Below, piece by piece: positions 9,688 through 16,679 of a stretch of DNA of 35,717 nt (within the stretch, counting starts at the first letter, position 1; each line of letters opens with the position of its first letter). A model generated the notes under the pieces. It searched no databases. It was not told the origin of the DNA and worked only from the letters and a program-made list of their open reading frames with translations. This DNA is from a virus. The DNA lies in the IMG/VR virus record IMGVR_UViG_3300006099_000051; one strand, written 5' to 3'. The position numbers and the translations under genes were made by a program.

Positions 9688-9803
9688 TATCAAACAGTTT
9701 TTGACATATAAATATTGTTGGAAAATCTTGTTAAGCCTTTTTTTGCTTTGGTTTGTACCAATGTGGATGATGCTTTGCTTTATCATCATGGCAGAATAAT
9801 CAT

Positions 9804-9828
9804 AGCTCCGGGAACGGGGCTTTTTTTT
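9804..9828 (+). terminator. Intrinsic terminator ending the head/tail/ejection operon
   Basis: agctccg-ggaa-cggggct stem-loop followed by T8. Confidence 0.75.
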
Positions 9829-9855
9829 GACTCTTTTATTTGCGGATGTTAATAT
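9827..9855 (+). promoter_or_regulatory. Sigma70-type promoter of the moron
   Basis: TTGACT (9827-9832), a 17-nt spacer, then TAATAT (9850-9855). Confidence 0.65.
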
Positions 9856-9889
9856 GTTTCATCTTTTGTTTTGACTGAGAGGAGCGGAG

Positions 9890-10144
9890 ATGAAAAAGAT
9901 TTTATTGTTATTAATGGCGGCGGTGGTTTTGGCTGCCGGAGCGGCGGAAGCCAAATATCAGCGCGGATATGTCCGCAAAAACGGGACGTATGTGTCCGGG
10001 CATTTTAAGACAAGTTCTGACGGGAGTAAGTTGAATAATTACAGCACCAAAGGGAATCGGAATCCCTACACCGGAAAAAAAGGTTATAAGAATCCGTATA
10101 AGGTCAAGAGCTATAAAATGCCAAAAGTCTATCGGGGGGAATAA
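9890..10144 (+). CDS. Small secreted basic protein (moron)
   Basis: N-terminal signal peptide MKKILLLLMAAVVLAAGAAEA. The mature part is K/Y/G/N-rich, with GNRNPYTGKKGYKNPY. RBS gaggagcggag. Confidence 0.75.
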   Translation: MKKILLLLMAAVVLAAGAAEAKYQRGYVRKNGTYVSGHFKTSSDGSKLNNYSTKGNRNPYTGKKGYKNPYKVKSYKMPKVYRGE

Positions 10145-10145
10145 T

Positions 10146-10475
10146 TTGTATATTCCTATCGGTATATTAGTGTTGTTGGCTTTAGTTTTTCTCTCTTTTG
10201 ATGATTTTCTTGTGCTCTTAACTATTTTTGTTTTTGGGTGGTTACTTATTTATATGTGGCCATTAGCTCTAATTTTGTTGATTTGGTTTGTAGTAGGTAT
10301 AATGCTTGATAAGCTAAATATAATAATTGAAAAAGCGACTAAAAAAATAAATGAATTTTTAAGTTATCATAATAAGTTAAGAAAATTTGTAAGTTTTATT
10401 ACAAATAATTTTTTAATTTTAGTTGTTGGAATATTTTTTCTTTTTGTTTGGGGAATGGTCCTATTTGATAATTAA
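10146..10475 (+). CDS. Small polytopic membrane protein (moron)
   Basis: TTG start immediately after the upstream stop. About three hydrophobic segments. The DNA is very AT-rich compared with the rest of the genome. Confidence 0.6.
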   Translation: MYIPIGILVLLALVFLSFDDFLVLLTIFVFGWLLIYMWPLALILLIWFVVGIMLDKLNIIIEKATKKINEFLSYHNKLRKFVSFITNNFLILVVGIFFLFVWGMVLFDN

Positions 10476-10581
10476 TTGACTTTTAACTAATACAATATTA
10501 TTATAAAAGTATAGGGATTGAAACCCCTTCCATGAGCGGAAACGCTAGCCGAAATTGAGCGATTTTTTATTTTAAATTATT

Positions 10582-10667
10582 GTTGCGGATAGTGCGAATA
10601 TATTGAATAAGCATAAGTGACTTATGGCACTGTTTCAATATCCGCAACACCTTGAAAATTGAAACAG
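10582..10667 (+). promoter_or_regulatory. Nested, mutually exclusive inverted repeats in the leader of the Bro/antirepressor-like gene
   Basis: GTTGCGGATA (10582-10591) pairs with TATCCGCAAC (10639-10648). CTGTTTCAAT (10630-10639) pairs with ATTGAAACAG (10658-10667), which abuts the AGGAG Shine-Dalgarno. There is a perfect 15-bp palindrome CATAAGTgACTTATG at 10612-10626. Confidence 0.6.
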
Positions 10668-10678
10668 GAGACCATAAG

Positions 10679-11317
10679 ATGACAAATTTAGTGCATTTTA
10701 ACAACCATAATATTGAGTTAATTCAGTATAATAATCAGCCGTATATGACACTCCGCCAAATCGGTGGTGCGCTAGAATATGCCCGTCCGGATAAAATATC
10801 CACAATATACAATGAACACAAATCTGAATTTGATGAAGAAATGTCTTGTCTTGTTCGTAGAGGCAATACAAGAGTTCGGATTTTCAACCGAGAGGGTGCT
10901 TGGCTGATTGGTATGTTTGCTCGTACTCCTAAGGCCGCAGAGTTTCGGCGTTGGGTTCTTAAAGTTTTGGGGACAACGATAGATAAAGTTTATCCCTGCG
11001 GGGAAGTTAATGTGCGGGAGCATACCCGCTCTTTGCTGAGCGGTAAGAAAGAGATTGTGCTTTCTGAAAAAGCCAAGACTGAAATCGGCGGGATTGTTAA
11101 ATCTTGTATGGCCGCGGCGATTCGCGAAGAGTTGGCTGATTTGCTGGATTTTACGCAAGTTAAGGGGCAAGAACTGTCAGACAGCAATTTGATTTATCTG
11201 CTTTATCGTTGGCATTCAACGAAGAGTGAAGTTGATTTGAAGAAATTTCAGCAGGTGACTTCGGAAAATCAGGCGTTAAAAATTAAATTGGCGAAAATTA
11301 AACAGGCTGTTGCTTAA
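10679..11317 (+). CDS. Bro-N / P22-antirepressor-N-terminal-like protein (putative antirepressor)
   Basis: RBS aggag upstream of the ATG at 10679. NIELIQYNNQPYMTLRQIGGALEY...REGAWLIGMFARTPKAAEFRRWVLKVL resembles Bro-N/Ant N-terminal domains. Confidence 0.6.
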   Translation: MTNLVHFNNHNIELIQYNNQPYMTLRQIGGALEYARPDKISTIYNEHKSEFDEEMSCLVRRGNTRVRIFNREGAWLIGMFARTPKAAEFRRWVLKVLGTTIDKVYPCGEVNVREHTRSLLSGKKEIVLSEKAKTEIGGIVKSCMAAAIREELADLLDFTQVKGQELSDSNLIYLLYRWHSTKSEVDLKKFQQVTSENQALKIKLAKIKQAVA

Positions 11318-11346
11318 CTGGATTATATTTTCAATTAAAAAAATGC

Positions 11347-11386
11347 TTGACTTTATCCACAAGGTAAAGTAATGTTTTTTTATAGT
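11347..11386 (+). promoter_or_regulatory. Late promoter, copy A
   Basis: TTGACT (11347-11352), 17 nt, TAATGT (11370-11375), 5 nt, TATAGT (11381-11386). Near-identical to 32153-32192. Confidence 0.65.
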
Positions 11387-11438
11387 GAAAAACTGTAACT
11401 GATTAGTTGCAGTTTGACGCCTTTTCTATTTGCTAAAA

Positions 11439-11468
11439 ACCGCTTTGCGTTGCAAGGCGGTTTTTTTT
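11439..11468 (+). terminator. Intrinsic terminator in the leader downstream of late promoter copy A
   Basis: accgctttgc-gtt-gcaaggcggt forms a 10-bp stem, followed by T8. It lies directly upstream of the fibre gene RBS aagggagg. Confidence 0.85.
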
Positions 11469-11485
11469 GTTGTAAGGGAGGAATT

Positions 11486-11848
11486 ATGCCGTTTGACAGT
11501 GAGGGGATATATACCCGTTTTCATAACTGGGAAGAAGACCGGGAGAATGACATCGATATTGTGACCGATCATGCGGATGAAGAGGACAATGGGTTTGCTG
11601 ATGGGTTGTCATTGACATTTTTACGGGATGGACGCGTACCTATGCAGGGTGCTATTGATATGGCACAAAATAAAATCAAAAACTTGGCGGATGGGACAGA
11701 GGATGGTGATGCAGTGAATCGTGGGCAATTGGTTGAGGCTGCCGAACAAATAGACGCCAAGGCTGCCGTTGTGGCAGATAAGTTTAAGGCGGTGGAAACT
11801 TTGCCGGAAGAAACGGATGCGGAAACTTTTTATTTTGTATTTGAGTGA
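11486..11848 (+). CDS. Tail-fibre N-terminal (anchor) module, short paralogue (120 aa)
   Basis: The ATG at 11486 follows RBS aagggagg. MPFDSEGIYTRFHNWEEDR...EEDNGFADGLSLTFLRDGR...DAVNRGQL is paralogous to the N-terminus of the next gene. It ends with ETLPEETDAETFYFVFE. Confidence 0.75.
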   Translation: MPFDSEGIYTRFHNWEEDRENDIDIVTDHADEEDNGFADGLSLTFLRDGRVPMQGAIDMAQNKIKNLADGTEDGDAVNRGQLVEAAEQIDAKAAVVADKFKAVETLPEETDAETFYFVFE

Positions 11849-11859
11849 TGAGGGCGGAT

Positions 11860-12873
11860 ATGGCGTTTGACAGCGAGGGGATTTATCATCGTTTGCATAA
11901 CTGGACGGAAGACAGGTTGAGCGGGATAAATAAGAAAATTCAAGCGGCGCGCATGGATGAGGAAGACAACGGATTTGCTGCCGCATTGTCGCAGACGTTT
12001 CTGCGTGACGGGCGGGCAGAGATGGAAAATCCGTTAAACTTGGCAGAACATAAAATTTTTAATCTGGCTCGAGGGGCTTTGGACAGTGATGCCGTTAATC
12101 GAAAACAGCTGAACGAGGCGGTTAAAAAAGCCGATGACGCGTTAAAAAAAATAGCGGAATCCTTTGTGATTGTGGAAACGCTGCCTGCCAAACCGGTTGA
12201 CAGCGTTTTTTATTTTACTGCAGAAAAGCGTTTATACAAGGGCAGCCGCCGGATTATTGAAGTGTATTACAGCAATACGGCTTTAACTCCGATTGAGGTT
12301 TTGCACATATATAAAGGTTCGCAAATAGTTTATAAAGCTGAAGCTTATGAACCGGGAACTGTTTTGATTAAGCAAGCCGGAGCTTATACTTATAAGGCTA
12401 AGCTTCCTAAAGGGGTTTTTAAAATTTGTATTGCCAGTGCCGGGGGGACAGGGACAGTTTGGGTTGCCAATGCAATGGGCTATGCTAACAGCGGCGGTTC
12501 AGGTGCAGCGGTAGAGATAACCATTTTTAATCCTAAGGCGCAAGAATTGGAAATTTATGCCCCTCCGGGATTATCCGGTTATGGCTCACAAACCGGCGGT
12601 GATGCTTATTTGAAGATAGCCGGTGTAGAAATAGCTAGGGCGAAAGGTGGTATTGGTTCAGGAAGTGGCGGGACGTATAGTGTCAATAGTTCTGCCGAGG
12701 AGGTTGAGATTCTGAAGATTGACGGGAAAAACGGAAACGGCAGCCGCACTGGATTTTCCGGAAGTGTGCGCGTGGCTTCGGTGTCGCCTTATGATGATTG
12801 GGGTTGGGCAAATGAGTCGTCATCTGGTGCTGGAGGGATGCGTGTGGAATATATGAAATATAAAAAGGAGTGA
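11860..12873 (+). CDS. Tail fibre protein (anchor domain, short shaft, Gly-rich C-terminal domain)
   Basis: MAFDSEGIYHRLHNWTEDR...EEDNGFAAALSQTFLRDGR...DAVNRKQL, with an internal ETLPAKPVDSVFYFTAE. The C-terminal Gly-rich domain is similar to the C-terminus of 13927..15846. Confidence 0.8.
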   Translation: MAFDSEGIYHRLHNWTEDRLSGINKKIQAARMDEEDNGFAAALSQTFLRDGRAEMENPLNLAEHKIFNLARGALDSDAVNRKQLNEAVKKADDALKKIAESFVIVETLPAKPVDSVFYFTAEKRLYKGSRRIIEVYYSNTALTPIEVLHIYKGSQIVYKAEAYEPGTVLIKQAGAYTYKAKLPKGVFKICIASAGGTGTVWVANAMGYANSGGSGAAVEITIFNPKAQELEIYAPPGLSGYGSQTGGDAYLKIAGVEIARAKGGIGSGSGGTYSVNSSAEEVEILKIDGKNGNGSRTGFSGSVRVASVSPYDDWGWANESSSGAGGMRVEYMKYKKE

Positions 12874-12877
12874 TAGT

Positions 12878-13228
12878 ATGGCAGGAGTGATGACGCCGGC
12901 GGGGATTACAATTCGCCGCGGGGATAGTTTTGATATTCTGATGAATTTCAAAGCCGGCAATAAAAATTTTGATTTGACCGAATGTCAGCTCAAGATGACA
13001 GTGCGGGACAGCGACAATAACGAATTGTTCAGCAAAGAAGGGGAAATTATCTCTGCTGCGGCCGGTACGGCGCGGATTAAGCTAACTCCCGCAGAAACAG
13101 ATGCGAATCCGGGAAATTATCAAACCGACATTCAAATTATTTTTAAAAACGGGGATGTTCACACAATTTATCCGCAAAACGTCAATGCGGTGGCTTATTT
13201 TAAACTGACGCCGGAGGTGACGTTATGA
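12878..13228 (+). CDS. Small beta-rich fibre-cluster protein (116 aa)
   Basis: RBS aaaaaggag. ITIRRGDSFDILMNF...LKMTVRD...ARIKLTPAETD...YQTDIQI looks like an Ig-like sandwich pattern. The function is not identified. Confidence 0.6.
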   Translation: MAGVMTPAGITIRRGDSFDILMNFKAGNKNFDLTECQLKMTVRDSDNNELFSKEGEIISAAAGTARIKLTPAETDANPGNYQTDIQIIFKNGDVHTIYPQNVNAVAYFKLTPEVTL

Positions 13229-13917
13229 CGGTTGTGAACGAAGAAAGCACCTTGGTGGTGTTTGATGGTTTTGAACGCCAACAGTTGGAAGTGATGTTTC
13301 AGGATGAAGTGGTTCTGGATATTGAAGTGCCATTGTTTTACATCAAATCCGGTGAAGAAGAAATAAAGCATTATGTTAATACGGTGGCGAAACCCGATAT
13401 TAATCTTTTTACGGATGGCAAAAAAGCGGAATTGGATGCTGTTTCAGCCGATGAACAGAAAGAGATTGAAGAATATTCAGCCGGAAGGCAGCAGATTATT
13501 GAAAACAGTTTGGATAACTATGCCGCCGGTATTCGGACAGAGCTTGACAATTATGTCGAGGAAACGATTAAACCGGATTTAAATGTGCATGAGGCAGAGC
13601 TGAAAGCGGAATTTGATACTAATGCCGCTGAAAAAACGGCGAGTTTTAATGCTAATGCCGCTGAAAAGCAGACGGAAGTTAATGCTTTGGCAATTCAGGC
13701 GGCGGCTTCTGCCTCTGCGGCAGCGGAGGCAGCAACTGAGGCGGCGGAAAGTGCGACAGCGGCGGAAGGGTTTGCTTCAGCTGCGGCGGTTTCGGCAACT
13801 GAGGCGGCCAGTTCGGCGGCTCAGGCGCAAACGGTGTTAAACCGGGTGACTTGGGTTGTGGGGGCAGAATTGCCAACAGAACCGGTAATTGGGACAATGT
13901 ATTTTATATATGAATAG
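13225..13917 (+). CDS. Tail fibre shaft protein
   Basis: ATGA overlap with the upstream gene. Ala/Ser/Glu-rich helical repeats (AAASASAAAEAATEAAESATAAEGFASAAAVSATEAASSAAQA). It ends with ELPTEPVIGTMYFIYE. Confidence 0.75.
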   Translation: MTVVNEESTLVVFDGFERQQLEVMFQDEVVLDIEVPLFYIKSGEEEIKHYVNTVAKPDINLFTDGKKAELDAVSADEQKEIEEYSAGRQQIIENSLDNYAAGIRTELDNYVEETIKPDLNVHEAELKAEFDTNAAEKTASFNANAAEKQTEVNALAIQAAASASAAAEAATEAAESATAAEGFASAAAVSATEAASSAAQAQTVLNRVTWVVGAELPTEPVIGTMYFIYE

Positions 13918-13926
13918 GGGCAAAAT

Positions 13927-15846
13927 ATGCCAGTATATCACGAAAACAGCCAAATTCGCGAAGTGGGGGAAAACGGGGTATATTTTTGCCCGGGGAAGAG
14001 TAATTGTCTGACAGATGTGCCTAAAAACATTCATTTAGAGTTTGAATGGGGAGATTGGGAGAATCCCGCTTTATATGTGGATAAGATTGGTGATGCCGGG
14101 GGAAATCTTTACGCTGTTCGAGCCAGTTCTACCTACCCAGGTCACGATGCAAGAAAAGCTTTTGACTGGCAGAATGGTAAAGATGATATATGGGAGGCGG
14201 CAAGCAGGACTTTAAATGATTGGCTGGAGTTTTACGCACCTTTTCCGGTCAAGTTAAATTACATTCATTTTACAAATCGTCCAGGTTATGTTACTGGATA
14301 TAGCGTTGTGAGGTTGACGGCATCTAATGACGGGGTCAATTATGTGGAATTAAAACAGTTTCCGTATACTTTAGGAAATTCTTCCCAGTGGGATATTCAG
14401 GTGAATTCTAATGTTGGATATAAGTATTTTCGTTTGTCGGCGGGAGATGGTGCAACGCTTATTGGTGACGGTGATGCTAAATTTGCCTTTGGTGAGGTTC
14501 ATTTGGTGGGGCAGGCTAAAAATGTCCTCACTCTTAAAGCTGGAAGCAAAATCTACTGGCCGGATGGGCGGTCGATAGTGTTAGGACAGGATCTGGCGAA
14601 TGATAATTTATTAACATCCGGAGATTTAATGTTTTTGTGTTACACTCCGACACATCCAGAAAGTAATCAAAAGAATATTAATTATATACTTAATTCTAAT
14701 CATTACACGCAGACAACGCCACCAGCGACAGGTTCAGTGTTTAACCCAGACACTAAGAGGATAGATTATTATAACAATAGTGTGATATCTGTGACGGATT
14801 ACAGTTTGCCGTTTTGTTCAGTAACAAACACTAACGGTGTTGTGCAGATTGTTGATGTTTTTGATTGGTTTGTGCCGCTAAAAAAGAGTTTGTTTCTTTT
14901 GCCCGAGGTTAAGTATTTGAGTGCTAATGGTACTGTTGAAAATCTTTATCAAAATGAAGAAAATGAAATAACCGAACTGTTGTATAATGAAGGAACTTGG
15001 ACAACTGGTGAAAATTTTGAACTGTTTGTTCATTCAAACAATATCTGGTATAATTTTAATAATTATACACAAAAAGATATGCCTTTAAATAATGCTTATT
15101 CATCATGGTATAATCCAGCAACTAATAAGCTTTTATATAACAGCTCCGCAGATAATGTCAAAGATATATCTGAATGGGTGGAGCGGCGAAACTTTTTAGC
15201 TTTGGGCGCGTTTGATTTAGATAGTAATAAAGGGATTTCTAAAGTGCATTTGAAAGAGGTGCAGGAGGCTAACAGTTTGCTACCTGTTCATGAGATTTAT
15301 TGTGGCAATCAGTTGGTGTATGATTTTCAGGTTTATACTCCGGGGGATATATTGGGTGAGATTGCCAATCCGGGTGATGGGGCAAACAATGTTTTTTATG
15401 TCGATATGCCTAAGCCCGGCGTCTTAAAATATTGGGGCGTTGGTGGTGGTAATGGTAATACTTGGTGCTATATCGGCTGTAATTATGCTGGTTCGGCAGC
15501 GGGATTTATCGGTAAATTGTATTTTAATAGAAAATGTCGGCTGCGTGTTATTGTCGGTCGTAATCATGAAGCCAGCCAGTTGGCTGTTGCGGAGTGGGGA
15601 ACGGAGGATTGGACAACATTGATCCAATGTAATTACGGGGCTAATGCTGGTGGCGGTGGTGGCGGCAGCGGTGGTTCTGTTTACGTCAATCGTGACAGTA
15701 CATTTAATACCTTTTTTGATATAGAACTTGAACGAAACGGCTATGGCGGAAGTAATTCAACATATGGCGGTTCTGTTTGGAATGGTTATGGACGTGCCGG
15801 CACAAACGGTTATGGCAAACTTGAGTATGTGAGGAAAGAGCAATGA
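13927..15846 (+). CDS. Tail fibre / receptor-binding protein with a discoidin-like domain and a Gly-rich C-terminal domain
   Basis: 639 aa. AVRASSTYPGHDARKAFDWQ...WLEFYAPFPVKLNYIHFTNR...RLTASNDGVNYVEL...YKYFRLSA is F5/8-type-C-like. The C-terminus (GVGGGNGNTW...GGGGGGSGGS...GYGKLEYV) is paralogous to that of 11860..12873. Confidence 0.75.
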   Translation: MPVYHENSQIREVGENGVYFCPGKSNCLTDVPKNIHLEFEWGDWENPALYVDKIGDAGGNLYAVRASSTYPGHDARKAFDWQNGKDDIWEAASRTLNDWLEFYAPFPVKLNYIHFTNRPGYVTGYSVVRLTASNDGVNYVELKQFPYTLGNSSQWDIQVNSNVGYKYFRLSAGDGATLIGDGDAKFAFGEVHLVGQAKNVLTLKAGSKIYWPDGRSIVLGQDLANDNLLTSGDLMFLCYTPTHPESNQKNINYILNSNHYTQTTPPATGSVFNPDTKRIDYYNNSVISVTDYSLPFCSVTNTNGVVQIVDVFDWFVPLKKSLFLLPEVKYLSANGTVENLYQNEENEITELLYNEGTWTTGENFELFVHSNNIWYNFNNYTQKDMPLNNAYSSWYNPATNKLLYNSSADNVKDISEWVERRNFLALGAFDLDSNKGISKVHLKEVQEANSLLPVHEIYCGNQLVYDFQVYTPGDILGEIANPGDGANNVFYVDMPKPGVLKYWGVGGGNGNTWCYIGCNYAGSAAGFIGKLYFNRKCRLRVIVGRNHEASQLAVAEWGTEDWTTLIQCNYGANAGGGGGGSGGSVYVNRDSTFNTFFDIELERNGYGGSNSTYGGSVWNGYGRAGTNGYGKLEYVRKEQ

Positions 15847-16256
15847 ATGCGGAAAATTTAATTAAAAAATATACACCGGTTTATTTAAAGGCGCATCCAT
15901 GTCTTTGTGGCTATTGGGTTATCAGTTATTGGCTACGGTTTTATCCTGACAGCGGCAAAGCTGTGCAGCCGGGGGATGAGATGACACTTGATGAGGCTGA
16001 TGAGCTTTTACGTCAACATCTTGATAAGCTGGAACTGCCCGAGCGTCGGTGGTTGCCTAACGGGGAGTGGCCAAATAATCAGCGGGAAGCTTTAAAATCA
16101 ATCATGCATTATTTGCAGGAGGATTGGGCTGGCTCGGAATTAAAGCACGCGCTGGAAGCCGGTGATTGGGCTGTTGCAAAGGAACTTTGGCTTAATCTCG
16201 GCATGCCGGAATGGCGGCAGGAAGAGGTAGAGCTGTTCTTCGGGGCTGCCGGATAA
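15843..16256 (+). CDS. GH24 lysozyme-like protein lacking the catalytic signature
   Basis: ATGA overlap with the fibre gene. The GYWVISYW...MTLDEADELLRQHL...NQREALKSIMHYL...LEAGDW...EEVELF spacing mirrors phage lysozymes, but the E/D/T catalytic positions are replaced. Confidence 0.5.
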   Translation: MNAENLIKKYTPVYLKAHPCLCGYWVISYWLRFYPDSGKAVQPGDEMTLDEADELLRQHLDKLELPERRWLPNGEWPNNQREALKSIMHYLQEDWAGSELKHALEAGDWAVAKELWLNLGMPEWRQEEVELFFGAAG

Positions 16257-16328
16257 TTATTATAAACGCCTATCGACAACGACTATCTGAGACTATCAAT
16301 AATAATCAATGCTTGGGAGCTGTAAACG

Positions 16329-16589
16329 ATGGCTAAAATAACAGGCGAGTTGCGGAAGCTCGGGAAAAAAAATCCAGAATTATTGTTGCAAAAACTCGAG
16401 GCGGTGGAACTTACTGACCTCGAGTTTCTTATTATGAGGCTTCGTTATATTGACGGGTTGGTATTTAAACAGATACCGGACATTGCCGGCGTATCGGAGC
16501 GGTGGGTTTATAAAGTGCATAAAAAGGCTGCTCAAAAGACAGCTGCCAGTATAAAATTGGCGGAATGGCTGGCTTTAACCGGACGGTAA
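16329..16589 (+). CDS. Small sigma-70 region-4-like HTH protein
   Basis: 86 aa. LTDLEFLIMRLRYIDGLVFKQIPDIAGVSERWVYKVHKKAAQK resembles sigma region 4 / LuxR-type HTH. Confidence 0.55.
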   Translation: MAKITGELRKLGKKNPELLLQKLEAVELTDLEFLIMRLRYIDGLVFKQIPDIAGVSERWVYKVHKKAAQKTAASIKLAEWLALTGR

Positions 16590-16643
16590 AAGGACAGTTC
16601 TAAGCCATTATGTCGGCGATTCCTTATCGCTATCCTGAAAAGG

Positions 16644-16667
16644 TAAGCAATGGTGCTTATTTTTTTT
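16644..16667 (+). terminator. Intrinsic terminator
   Basis: taagca-atgg-tgctta stem-loop followed by T8. Confidence 0.6.
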
Positions 16668-16679
16668 AGGAGAAAAAGT

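Noticed and set aside
10517-10665. Three copies of ATTGAAAC/GTTTCAAT, reminiscent of the conserved 3' end of many CRISPR repeats (a possible mini-array or repeat mimic)
   Set aside because: There are no full-length repeats of 24 nt or more with regular spacers. Two of the copies are explained as the arms of a leader hairpin. An RNA repeat mimic cannot be excluded without knowing the host CRISPR repeats.
13613-13897. Arg-rich (plus strand) and Pro-rich (minus strand) track ORFs inside the fibre shaft gene
   Set aside because: These are alternative-frame artefacts of the GCN-rich Ala/Ser/Glu repeat region of the real ORF 13225..13917.
11845-15846. Diversity-generating retroelement or invertible (shufflon-like) fibre switching, suggested by the paralogous fibre modules
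   Set aside because: No reverse transcriptase, template-repeat/variable-repeat pair with adenine-specific differences, invertase or flanking inverted crossover sites were seen anywhere in the genome.
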